A stretch of DNA of 64,000 nt from Akkermansiaceae bacterium. Lineage in GTDB: Bacteria; Verrucomicrobiota; Verrucomicrobiia; Verrucomicrobiales; Akkermansiaceae. The position numbers and the translations under genes are program-made. Below the pieces are notes generated by a model. It searched no databases. It was not told the DNA's origin and worked only from the letters and a program-made list of their open reading frames with translations. Shown here in pieces: positions 27,341 to 35,551 of this stretch. The stretch is from NCBI GenBank assembly GCA_051251915.1, contig JBPOGF010000005.1, forward strand, positions 124,918 to 188,917. The letters run 5' to 3'. Within the stretch, counting starts at the first letter, position 1, and the number at the start of each line of letters is the position of its first letter.

Positions 27341-27529
27341 CTATAAATCTGTATGATTGAAAACTTCCTCGCTCCAGGAGGCTAATGATGGGTCAGTGAC
27401 TTTATGATGAAGTGACTCAATATCTTTAGGGCTACGCTTTAATCTGAGGTAGAGTAGGTATGCTGCTAGTGTGTCCTGCTCCTTAGCGGTACAGAGCGTT
27501 ATTTCGCGTTTGAGTTCGTCGAGTTCCAT
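27341..27529 (-). CDS. Small hypothetical protein, possibly antitoxin-like
   Basis: 62 aa; EQDTLAAYLLYLRL helix. Confidence 0.5.
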   Translation of the reverse strand: MELDELKREITLCTAKEQDTLAAYLLYLRLKRSPKDIESLHHKVTDPSLASWSEEVFNHTDL

Positions 27530-27725
27530 AATAAAATGCTTGTTTGGTGGTAGCGTAATATCATCTAGCTGTTTACAGAGGTGATGGGCTGCTAACGTGG
27601 TGTAATGAACCTAGTGGTGAGAGTATAGAAAGCAAGCTGGAAAGGGCTTTGGATGGAGAGTTTGGATAAGTAATATGTCTGGAATAAGGTTTGCCATTTG
27701 TGCTTCATTTGTTTAATAAACTGAT

Positions 27726-29078
27726 ATGAATAATCAATTGTTTGGAACGGATGGGATCCGTGGCAAAGCTAACGAATGGCCAATCACCCCTGAAGTGGCT
27801 ATGAGAATAGGCAGAGCGGTGGCACGTGTTCTTTGTTCTGAGGATGGTGGTTCACTTAAAGTAGTGATTGGGAAAGACACTCGTCTTTCAGGATATATGC
27901 TAGAAAACGCACTGACTGCGGGACTTGTTTCTGAGGGTGCTAGGGTGCTTCTTACTGGGCCAGTGCCGACACCAGCGGTGGCGCATTTGACGAAGACAAT
28001 GGGTTGCGATGCGGGGATTATGCTGACGGCTTCACATAATCCATTTGAGGATAATGGGATTAAGATTTTTGGAAGTAATGGGTATAAGCTCACGGACGAG
28101 TTGGAGAGTGAAATCGAGAAGATTATTCTAAGTGAAAACTTGTCTGATCCTGATCCGAGTGGAGGCTTAGGAAAGGCGTACCGTATCGATGATGCGGTGG
28201 GAAGATACATTGAGTTTGCTAAGAATGCAGTCGGAGCTTATTCGTTAAAGGGTTTTAAGGTGGTGCTAGACTGTGCACACGGGGCATCCTATTTCGTAGG
28301 GCCGCTCATTTTTGATGAGCTTGGTGCTGAGGTGATTAAAATAGGGGTGAACCCGAATGGACGAAACATCAATGAAGGCTATGGGGCACTGCACCCTAAG
28401 AAGGCGGCGGCTTTAGTGGCGGAGCACCAGGCTGATATAGGGATTTGTTTTGATGGGGATGCTGACAGGGTGATTTTTGTCGATGAGAATGGGGAAGTGA
28501 TTTCAGGTGATCGCGTTCTTTGTCTTTGTGCTAAGGCTCTGAAGGAAGAGGGCAAGTTGAAGGATGATTGTCTTGTAGCTACGGTGATGAGTAATCTGGG
28601 ACTTAGAGATGCACTGGAAGAGGACGGTATTAAACTAGAGGTTACAGGTGTGGGTGACCGATTAGTCATCGAGAGTATGCGTGAGAATGGTTATTCGCTT
28701 GGTGGTGAGAACTCTGGACACATTATTTTCTCTGATAATTCGACTACTGGAGATGGTATCATGAGTGCGCTTAAGGTGCTGGCGATCATGAAGCGGACAG
28801 GTAAGAAATTATCCGAACTTGCAGCCTGCATGGAAGAATATCCGGCAGAGTTACATGGCATCTTAGTGAAGGAAAAGCCACCGATCCATGAGACTCCTCA
28901 GTTGCGTGATGCCATTGCGGATGCTGAGAAAGCGATGGGTAATGAAGGTAGAGTGCTGGTGAGATACAGTGGAACAGAAAATAAAATCCGCGTGTTGGTG
29001 GAAGCTAAATCAGCTGATGCGGCCAAGCTGCATACTAAGAATATCTGTGATGCTGTGCATGCTACGATAGGGTGTTAA
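27726..29078 (+). CDS. glmM: Phosphoglucosamine mutase
   Basis: FGTDGIRG, TASHNP, DGDADR, GGENSGH and RYSGTE motifs; linked to glmS. Confidence 0.96.
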   Translation: MNNQLFGTDGIRGKANEWPITPEVAMRIGRAVARVLCSEDGGSLKVVIGKDTRLSGYMLENALTAGLVSEGARVLLTGPVPTPAVAHLTKTMGCDAGIMLTASHNPFEDNGIKIFGSNGYKLTDELESEIEKIILSENLSDPDPSGGLGKAYRIDDAVGRYIEFAKNAVGAYSLKGFKVVLDCAHGASYFVGPLIFDELGAEVIKIGVNPNGRNINEGYGALHPKKAAALVAEHQADIGICFDGDADRVIFVDENGEVISGDRVLCLCAKALKEEGKLKDDCLVATVMSNLGLRDALEEDGIKLEVTGVGDRLVIESMRENGYSLGGENSGHIIFSDNSTTGDGIMSALKVLAIMKRTGKKLSELAACMEEYPAELHGILVKEKPPIHETPQLRDAIADAEKAMGNEGRVLVRYSGTENKIRVLVEAKSADAAKLHTKNICDAVHATIGC

Positions 29079-29097
29079 AAAACTTACCTCTAGAAAA

Positions 29098-29952
29098 ATG
29101 AATTTGTTAGAGCCTCTTAGGAAAGGGAATTTATGGCCACTTTATGATGGTGATGTGTCAGGTGATCAGCTTATTGCGGATAAAACTTTGGCTCAATTGC
29201 AACAAGAGTTGGCTCCTGATGGGGGCTCGCTTTATGCAAATGCTTGGGTAGATCCTGCTGACTGGAGGGCCCTAACAGAGGATGAATCTGCTGGGATGCT
29301 GGTCACTGAGGAGGGTGATGTTTTAGGTTTTATTGAAGGGAGAGGAGAAGGGAAAATGACAGCAAGTCCGCGGTCTAGGCTCATTCTTCATCCGTGGGAT
29401 CTTATTTATGTGAATGAGCAGGTGGTGGGAACTCTTACAGAATCTAGTAGTCAAGGCGAAGTTAGCCCCGCAGCTCATGTAGAAGGATTCCTGCAGGTGG
29501 GTGAGGGGACGAGGGTTCTGCCTGGAGTGTTTATCGAGGGTAATGTGGTCATTGGTAAGAACTGCAAAGTAGGGCCTAATTGCTATATTCGTGGGAATAC
29601 AACTATTGGCGATAATTGTCATGTCGGTCAAGCTGTGGAGGTGAAGAATTCTTTGATAGGTCATGGTTCATCCGTGGGGCACCTCAGCTATGTGGGAGAT
29701 AGTGTGATAGGGAATAAGGTGAATTTTGGTGCGGCAACTGTGACATCAAACCTCCGTCATGATGGCAAGAACCATCATTCGATGAGTGGAGGAAAGCTAG
29801 TGGATAGCGGGAGAAGGAAATTTGGCACTATCGTAGGTGATGGTGTGCATACTGGTATTCATACAGCGATTTATCCGGGCCGAAAACTTGGGCCTGGAAC
29901 TTCAACTAGGCCAAATGCCGACGTATCAAAAGATCTCATAAAACTAACTTAA
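29098..29952 (+). CDS. GlmU-like left-handed beta-helix acetyltransferase lacking an intact nucleotidyltransferase domain
   Basis: Hexapeptide repeats; EVKNS, HLSYVGDS.IG..VNFGA and NLRHD..GRRKFG motifs; lies between glmM and glmS. Confidence 0.8.
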   Translation: MNLLEPLRKGNLWPLYDGDVSGDQLIADKTLAQLQQELAPDGGSLYANAWVDPADWRALTEDESAGMLVTEEGDVLGFIEGRGEGKMTASPRSRLILHPWDLIYVNEQVVGTLTESSSQGEVSPAAHVEGFLQVGEGTRVLPGVFIEGNVVIGKNCKVGPNCYIRGNTTIGDNCHVGQAVEVKNSLIGHGSSVGHLSYVGDSVIGNKVNFGAATVTSNLRHDGKNHHSMSGGKLVDSGRRKFGTIVGDGVHTGIHTAIYPGRKLGPGTSTRPNADVSKDLIKLT

Positions 29953-29983
29953 AAATCTAACAATCTAACAATTTTAAATAACC

Positions 29984-31837
29984 ATGTGTGGTATAATAGC
30001 ATATTCAGGAAACAGATTAGCAACGCCCATCTTACTTAACGGGCTAAGAAAACTCGAATACCGTGGCTATGACTCTGCGGGAATTGCGATTCATAGTGAC
30101 AATACGATTCATATCTACAAGCAAGAAGGTAAGGTGGAAAACCTTGTGAAGAGCTTAGGAGATTATGAGGCAGATGAAACGCATCAGCAAGGTCATCTGG
30201 GGATAGCTCATACCCGCTGGGCGACTCATGGGCCACCAACTACGGCTAATGCACATCCTCATGGAGCGGGGGAGAGTGCTAATGATCATCGTATAGCATT
30301 GGTGCATAATGGGATTATTGAAAACTACCGTGGGCTTAAATCCAGATTAGAGGCAGAGGGTAGAGTCTTTCATTCTGATACAGATAGTGAGGCGCTTTCA
30401 CACTTGATTGATTCCTACTATGACGGTGATCTCGCTAAGGCTGTAAGCGCAGCGCTTAAGGAGGTGGAAGGAACGTTCGGCATCGCTTGTTTAGCGAAAG
30501 CTGAGCCTGATAAGATGGTGGTAGCGCGTCGAGGTTCGCCAATCGTGATTGGGCTAGGCGATGATGAGACGATTGTGGCATCTGATGCATCTGCAATCAT
30601 TAGCCATACGCGGCAGGTGATCTATCTGGATGATAATGATGTGGCGATTATTCAGGGTGGAAAAGTGGACATCCGCACGCTCGACGCGAGCCCAGTGGTG
30701 CGTGAGACTTCTGATATTGACTGGTCTGAGGACGCGGCTGAGAAGGGTGGATATGAGCACTATATGCTGAAGGAAATTTTCGAGCAACCTACTGCGATCC
30801 GTAATAGTATAAGAGGTAGGCTGGATCTAGATAGGGGTACTTCATTGCTAGCTGGTCTTCAGTTAGAAGCACGTGATATAGTAGATCTTCAGCGTCTTGT
30901 CATTATCGGATGCGGCACTTCTATGAATGCAGGTTTGGTAGGTGAGTATTCTGTGGAAGACTTTGCTGGGATGCTTTCAGAGGTGGAGCAAGCGGCGGAA
31001 TTCCGTTACAGAAATCCTATTGTAGGTAGTAAAGATATGGTTGTAGCGATTAGTCAGTCAGGGGAGACAGCAGACACTCTTGCCGCTGTGCGTGAAGCAC
31101 AGGAAAAGGGTGCGCTAGTAGCTGGACTAGTTAACGTAGTCGGCTCTACCATTGCGCGTGAGACAGGCAGAGGCATCTACTTGCATGCTGGGCCAGAGAT
31201 CAGTGTGGCTTCTACTAAGGCATTCACTTGTCAGGTGTCTGTGCTGCTGATGATTGCGTTGAAATTTGCTCGGAGCCGGAGGCTTTCTCGTGAAGAGGGG
31301 ATGTCGATAGCTAAAGAGATTCATCGTTTGCCTGAGTTAGTGGAGCAGGTGCTGGAGCAGAATGATAGGATTGCTGAGATAGCGGCGGATTTTGTGAAGT
31401 ATGATAATATGTTTTATATTGGTAGGGGGTATTTATTCCCTGTTGCGCTTGAGGGTGCGTTGAAGATTAAGGAGATTTCATATATTCATGCTGAGGCTTA
31501 TCATGCGGCTGAGCTTAAGCATGGGCCGATTGCGCTGTTGGAGGAGTCAATGCCAGTTGTTGCGCTATTGAACGAAGGTCCTGGTAAGGAGAAGACACTT
31601 GGAAACGTGGAAGAATGCCGCGCTAGGAAGTCTCCTGTTTTAGGTGTGATTACTGAGGGTGATGAGGATGCGAAGGCGAACTGTGATTGGTATATTGAGG
31701 TGCCGGCGAGTCCGCATTATACGGCTACGGTTACGAGTACGGTGGCGTTGCAGTTGTTCTCTTATCATGTGGCTCGCCTGAGAGGGTGCCCTATTGATCA
31801 GCCTAGGAATTTGGCGAAGAGTGTGACTGTGGAGTAG
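29984..31837 (+). CDS. glmS: Glutamine-fructose-6-phosphate aminotransferase
   Basis: MCGI N-terminus; HTRWATHG and SQSGETADT motifs; PRNLAKSVTVE C-terminus. Confidence 0.98.
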   Translation: MCGIIAYSGNRLATPILLNGLRKLEYRGYDSAGIAIHSDNTIHIYKQEGKVENLVKSLGDYEADETHQQGHLGIAHTRWATHGPPTTANAHPHGAGESANDHRIALVHNGIIENYRGLKSRLEAEGRVFHSDTDSEALSHLIDSYYDGDLAKAVSAALKEVEGTFGIACLAKAEPDKMVVARRGSPIVIGLGDDETIVASDASAIISHTRQVIYLDDNDVAIIQGGKVDIRTLDASPVVRETSDIDWSEDAAEKGGYEHYMLKEIFEQPTAIRNSIRGRLDLDRGTSLLAGLQLEARDIVDLQRLVIIGCGTSMNAGLVGEYSVEDFAGMLSEVEQAAEFRYRNPIVGSKDMVVAISQSGETADTLAAVREAQEKGALVAGLVNVVGSTIARETGRGIYLHAGPEISVASTKAFTCQVSVLLMIALKFARSRRLSREEGMSIAKEIHRLPELVEQVLEQNDRIAEIAADFVKYDNMFYIGRGYLFPVALEGALKIKEISYIHAEAYHAAELKHGPIALLEESMPVVALLNEGPGKEKTLGNVEECRARKSPVLGVITEGDEDAKANCDWYIEVPASPHYTATVTSTVALQLFSYHVARLRGCPIDQPRNLAKSVTVE

Positions 31838-31839
31838 TT

Positions 31840-32727
31840 TTAGCTGTTTTGGTTAGCCATGCCCATGAGGGCGTAGGTTAGTTTGGCGGTGGTGTAGGGG
31901 GAGGCGTGGTCGTTTTCTATGGGGGCTAGTTCTACTATGTCTATGCCTAGGAGGTTTCTGCCTTTGGTGGCTTTTTCGCAGATTTCTAGGGCTTGCCACC
32001 AGTTGAGGCCGCCGGGTTCTGGGGTGCCGGTGGCGGGCATGAGGGAGGCGTCTAGGCCGTCTACGTCGAAGGTGAGGTAGATGTTTTTTGGGAAATTTTC
32101 TGGGAGGATGTTTTGTGGGATTCCTTTTTGGGTGAGTTGGTGGAGTGTGCGGCCATCGATGTGGGTGATGGTGTCTGAGTGTTCTGCGCGGTAGTCTATT
32201 TCTTCTTTGCAGAGGTTGCGGATGCCTACTTGGAAGACTGGGATGCCGAGTTCGTGGATGCGGCGGATGACGCAGGCGTGGCTGTGGGGGGAGTCTTCGT
32301 AGGTGTCACGGAGGTCTGCGTGGGCGTCTATCTGGACGACTCCGAAGTCTTGTCTGATGTTGTGGAGGGCTTTGATGGGGGCGATGGAGAGTGAGTGCTC
32401 TCCGCCGAGTGTGACGGGGATTTTTCCGGCTTGGTAGATGGGGGTGCAGGCGGCTTGTAGGCGGGTGAGGATGGTGGTGATGTCTCCTGTAGTGCAGTCG
32501 ATGGGTGGGTGGGTGTGGATGCCTTGTTCGCCGGGGTAGCTGGTGCCATCGAAGGCTTCGAGTTGGTAGGATGCTTCGATGATGGCGGCGGGGCCGTGAG
32601 CTGTGCCGCTACCGTAGGATACGGTTTGTTCTAGTGGGACGGGGAGGATGTGGAAGAGGGCGTCTGAGGGGGAGGACTGGGGGTATTCTGAGGATAGGAA
32701 ATGCATGGTGGTTCGGCTTTGCCTCAT
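31840..32727 (-). CDS. speB: Agmatinase (start at 32727 or 32706)
   Basis: GGEHS, DAHADLRD, FDVDGLD and ATGTPEPGG motifs; in polyamine operon. Confidence 0.92.
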   Translation of the reverse strand: MRQSRTTMHFLSSEYPQSSPSDALFHILPVPLEQTVSYGSGTAHGPAAIIEASYQLEAFDGTSYPGEQGIHTHPPIDCTTGDITTILTRLQAACTPIYQAGKIPVTLGGEHSLSIAPIKALHNIRQDFGVVQIDAHADLRDTYEDSPHSHACVIRRIHELGIPVFQVGIRNLCKEEIDYRAEHSDTITHIDGRTLHQLTQKGIPQNILPENFPKNIYLTFDVDGLDASLMPATGTPEPGGLNWWQALEICEKATKGRNLLGIDIVELAPIENDHASPYTTAKLTYALMGMANQNS

Positions 32728-32790
32728 GTCATTGGTCATTGGTCAATGGTCATTAGTCATTAGTCATTGGGGCCGGGACGTTGAAACGGG
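32711..32790 (-). repeat. Bipartite leader motif, copy 2 (before speB)
   Basis: + strand GTTCGGCTTTGCCTCATGT (32711-32729) and CCGGGACGTTGAAACGGG (32773-32790); near-identical to 35492-35543. Confidence 0.85.
32728..32769 (+). repeat. Heptamer tandem repeat GTCA(T/A)T(G/A) x6
   Basis: GTCATTG GTCATTG GTCAATG GTCATTA GTCATTA GTCATTG. Confidence 0.9.
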
Positions 32791-32978
32791 TTGTTGGTTG
32801 TTGATTTGGTTGACCGCGAAATAGGCGAAATTTACGAAGGGTTGTTGGGCTTGGGTTGTTGCCTGCGGCGCTTGACCACGGAAAGGCACTGAATTTACGG
32901 AACTTGGTTGATGCGTAGAGAACTTGGGTTATGTTGTTTGGGGTGTGTGATTGGGGCTGATGAGTGGCAACTTGAATT

Positions 32979-34166
32979 TTACGAAAGTCGGTCGCGGTAT
33001 GAGTCGTAGCCGAAGGTTTTGACTAGGTCTATGGTGTCGGTGGTGGGGTCGTAGTTGGCGATGGAGGGGAGGTTTACGCCGTTGAAGGTGGTGTTTTTGA
33101 CGGTGGAGTAGTGTGCCATGTCGGTGAAGATGAGGCGGTCTCCGATTTTTAGGTTTTGGGGGAATGAGTAGTCTCCGATGATGTCTCCGGAGAGGCAGGT
33201 GAGGCCGCCTAGGGTGATGGTGTGGGGATGGATGTTGGGTTCTGCGGCGTCGATAATTTCTGGGCGGTAGGGCATTTCTAGGACGTCTGGCATGTGGGCG
33301 GATGCGGATGTGTCTAGGATGGCTATTTCTTGGCCGTTGCTTTGGAAGCGGTCGAGGACGGTGGAGACGAGGTAGCCGGTGTTGAGGGCTACGGCTTCAC
33401 CTGGCTCAAGGTAGACTTCGAGGTTGTAGGTCTGGCGCATGTGCTGGATGAGTTCTACGAGGAGATCTGTGTTGTAGTCTGGGCGGGTGATGTGGTGTCC
33501 GCCGCCCATGTTGAGCCATTTGATGTGGGGGAGTTTTAGGAATTTGCCGAATTTTTGTTCTACGTGTTGGAGGGTGCGCTGGAGGGTGTCTGAGCCTTGC
33601 TCGCACATGGTGTGGAAGTGGAGGCCGGAGATTCCTGTGAGGTCGGTATTTTCTAGTAGGTCTGCGGTGATGCCGAAGCGGGTGCCGGGGCGGCAGGGGT
33701 TGTAGATAGCGGTATCTACTTCTGAGTATTCAGGGTTAATTCTGAGGCCAATGGAGGGCTTGTACTCGCTATGCTCGTCCGCAGTTGCTATTAGAGGTAA
33801 GTTTTTGAATTGTTGCCATTGGGTGAGGGAGTTGAAGGAGATGTGGTGGGCTTTGTCTGCAAGGTATTCTACTTCTTCTTGGGTGTAGGCTACGCAGTAG
33901 ACGTGGGTTTCACCGCGGAATTCTTGGATGCTTAGTTTGGCTTCGTTGATGGAGCTGGCGGTGGTTCCGCAGAGGGTTTTGGCTATTTGGGGGAAGGTGG
34001 AGTGGGTGGCGAAGCCTTTGAGGGCGAGGATGATTTTGCCGCCGCTCTTTTTCTGGACGTCATCAAGGATTTCTAGGTTTCTGGCTAGTAGTCCGCGGTG
34101 GAGGAGGTGTGAGGGGGTGGGTAGTTCTGGGCGGTTGCAGATCTCGGTGATGGTTGTGTTGGTCAT
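32979..34166 (-). CDS. nspC: Carboxy(nor)spermidine decarboxylase
   Basis: ILALKGF, GLRINPE, GLHFHTMCE, MGGGHHITR, EPGEA, HMPDVLEMPYRP and VKNTTFNGVNLP motifs. Confidence 0.95.
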   Translation of the reverse strand: MTNTTITEICNRPELPTPSHLLHRGLLARNLEILDDVQKKSGGKIILALKGFATHSTFPQIAKTLCGTTASSINEAKLSIQEFRGETHVYCVAYTQEEVEYLADKAHHISFNSLTQWQQFKNLPLIATADEHSEYKPSIGLRINPEYSEVDTAIYNPCRPGTRFGITADLLENTDLTGISGLHFHTMCEQGSDTLQRTLQHVEQKFGKFLKLPHIKWLNMGGGHHITRPDYNTDLLVELIQHMRQTYNLEVYLEPGEAVALNTGYLVSTVLDRFQSNGQEIAILDTSASAHMPDVLEMPYRPEIIDAAEPNIHPHTITLGGLTCLSGDIIGDYSFPQNLKIGDRLIFTDMAHYSTVKNTTFNGVNLPSIANYDPTTDTIDLVKTFGYDSYRDRLS

Positions 34167-34174
34167 AGTTTTCT

Positions 34175-34257
34175 CCGTGCTTTCAGCACGGGATGTGTTT
34201 TTTGCTGTGACCTAGGGCTGAAGCCCTAGGTTTTGGAGCCGATCTCCCTTCAGGAGA
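34175..34257. repeat. REP-like triple palindrome element
   Basis: CCGTGCT-TTC-AGCACGG (34175-34191), CCTAGGGCT-GA-AGCCCTAGG (34211-34230), TCTCC-CTTCA-GGAGA (34243-34257). Confidence 0.7.
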
Positions 34258-34267
34258 GTGTGTATTT

Positions 34268-35485
34268 CTATGGATTATGTTTTTGGAGTTGGGCTAGGAA
34301 TGGGGCGCCGTCTACTACTTGCCATGGGAGGCCGTGTTGGTTTAGGGCTTCCATGAATGGGTCTGGGTCGTTTTGTTCCATGTTGTTTACGCCGGGTTTT
34401 TTCCAGTGACCTTCGAGGATCATTTTGGCACCGATCATGGCTGGGACTCCGGTGGTGTAGGAGATGGCTTGGGAGTTGGTTTCTGCGAAGGCTTCTTGGT
34501 GGTCGCAGATGTTGTAGATGTATTTTTGGAGGCGTTTGCCGTCTTTGATGCCGTCGATTACGCAGCCGATGCAGGTTTTTCCTTTGGTGAGTGGTCCGAG
34601 AGATGCTGGGTCTGGGAGGACTTTTTGGAGGAATTGGAGTGGTGAAATTTCTGTGCCGTTGACGTTTATGGGCTCGATAGATGTCATGCCGACGTTTTGT
34701 AGGACGGTGAGGTGGTTGATGTAGTTTTGGGAGAAGGTCATCCAGAAGCGTATGCGTTTTAGGCCTGTGAGATTCTTGCAGAGTGATTCCATTTCTTCGT
34801 GGTAGAGGAGGTAGATGTCACGGTCGCCGACTTCTGGGTGAGGGAAGTTGAAGGACTGGTTGACTTCAAGGGGCTCGGTTTCTTTCCACTCGCCTTCTTG
34901 CCAGTAGCGGCCTTTGGCGGTGATCTCACGGATGTTGATTTCTGGGTTGAAGTTGGTGGCGAAGGGGAGGCCGTGGTCACCGGCGTTGGCATCAATGATG
35001 TCGACAGTGATGATTTCATCGAAGAAGTGTTTCTGGGCGTAGGCGCAGAATACGTTGGTTACTCCGGGGTCGAAGCCTGAGCCGAGGAGGGCTGTTAGTC
35101 CGGCGTCGACGAAGCGTTGGTGGTATGGCCATTGGTATTCGTAGGAGAATTTTGGGTCATCGAGAGGTTCGTAGTTGGCGGTGTCTAGGTAGTCTACTCC
35201 AGCTTCTAGGCAGGCTTCCATGAGGGTGAGGTCTTGGTAGGGCAGGGCGACGTTGATGAGGATATCTGGTTTGATTTCCTTGAGGAGTGCTACTGTGGCG
35301 GCTACGTCATCTGCGTCTACTGAGGCGGTTTCGATGGGGTAGTCAATTTCTGCGGCGATGGCATCGCATTTGGCTTTGGTGCGGGATGCGAGGGTGATTT
35401 TTCCAAATGTGTCTGGGTTTTGTGCACATTTGTGAACGACTACGCGGCCTACGCCGCCTGCTCCGATGATGAGTGTTGATTTCAT
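34268..35485 (-). CDS. Carboxy(nor)spermidine dehydrogenase (saccharopine dehydrogenase family)
   Basis: IGAGGVG, NVALPYQDL, GSGFDPGVTN, FATNFNPEINIRE and SYTTGVPA motifs; adjacent to nspC. Confidence 0.93.
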   Translation of the reverse strand: MKSTLIIGAGGVGRVVVHKCAQNPDTFGKITLASRTKAKCDAIAAEIDYPIETASVDADDVAATVALLKEIKPDILINVALPYQDLTLMEACLEAGVDYLDTANYEPLDDPKFSYEYQWPYHQRFVDAGLTALLGSGFDPGVTNVFCAYAQKHFFDEIITVDIIDANAGDHGLPFATNFNPEINIREITAKGRYWQEGEWKETEPLEVNQSFNFPHPEVGDRDIYLLYHEEMESLCKNLTGLKRIRFWMTFSQNYINHLTVLQNVGMTSIEPINVNGTEISPLQFLQKVLPDPASLGPLTKGKTCIGCVIDGIKDGKRLQKYIYNICDHQEAFAETNSQAISYTTGVPAMIGAKMILEGHWKKPGVNNMEQNDPDPFMEALNQHGLPWQVVDGAPFLAQLQKHNP

Positions 35486-35491
35486 ATGATT

Positions 35492-35543
35492 GTTCGACTT
35501 TGTCTCATGTGAATGGTTGTTGGATCCGGGACGATGAAACGGG
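35492..35543 (-). repeat. Bipartite leader motif, copy 1 (before CASDH)
   Basis: + strand GTTCGACTTTGTCTCATGT (35492-35510) and CCGGGACGATGAAACGGG (35526-35543). Confidence 0.85.
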
Positions 35544-35551
35544 ATTGATTG

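Noticed and set aside
29953..29983. glmS ribozyme upstream of glmS
   Set aside because: The gap is only 31 bp and AT-rich, too short for the ribozyme.
32711..32729. Hammerhead-ribozyme resemblance of AUGA-GGC-AAA-GCC-GAAC (also at 35492-35510)
   Set aside because: The core CUGAUGA and GAAA are not intact in either copy, and no stems I/III with a cleavage triplet could be built.
32728..32902. CRISPR array
   Set aside because: Repeats are 7-30 bp, degenerate and lack regular unique spacers; no cas genes are present.
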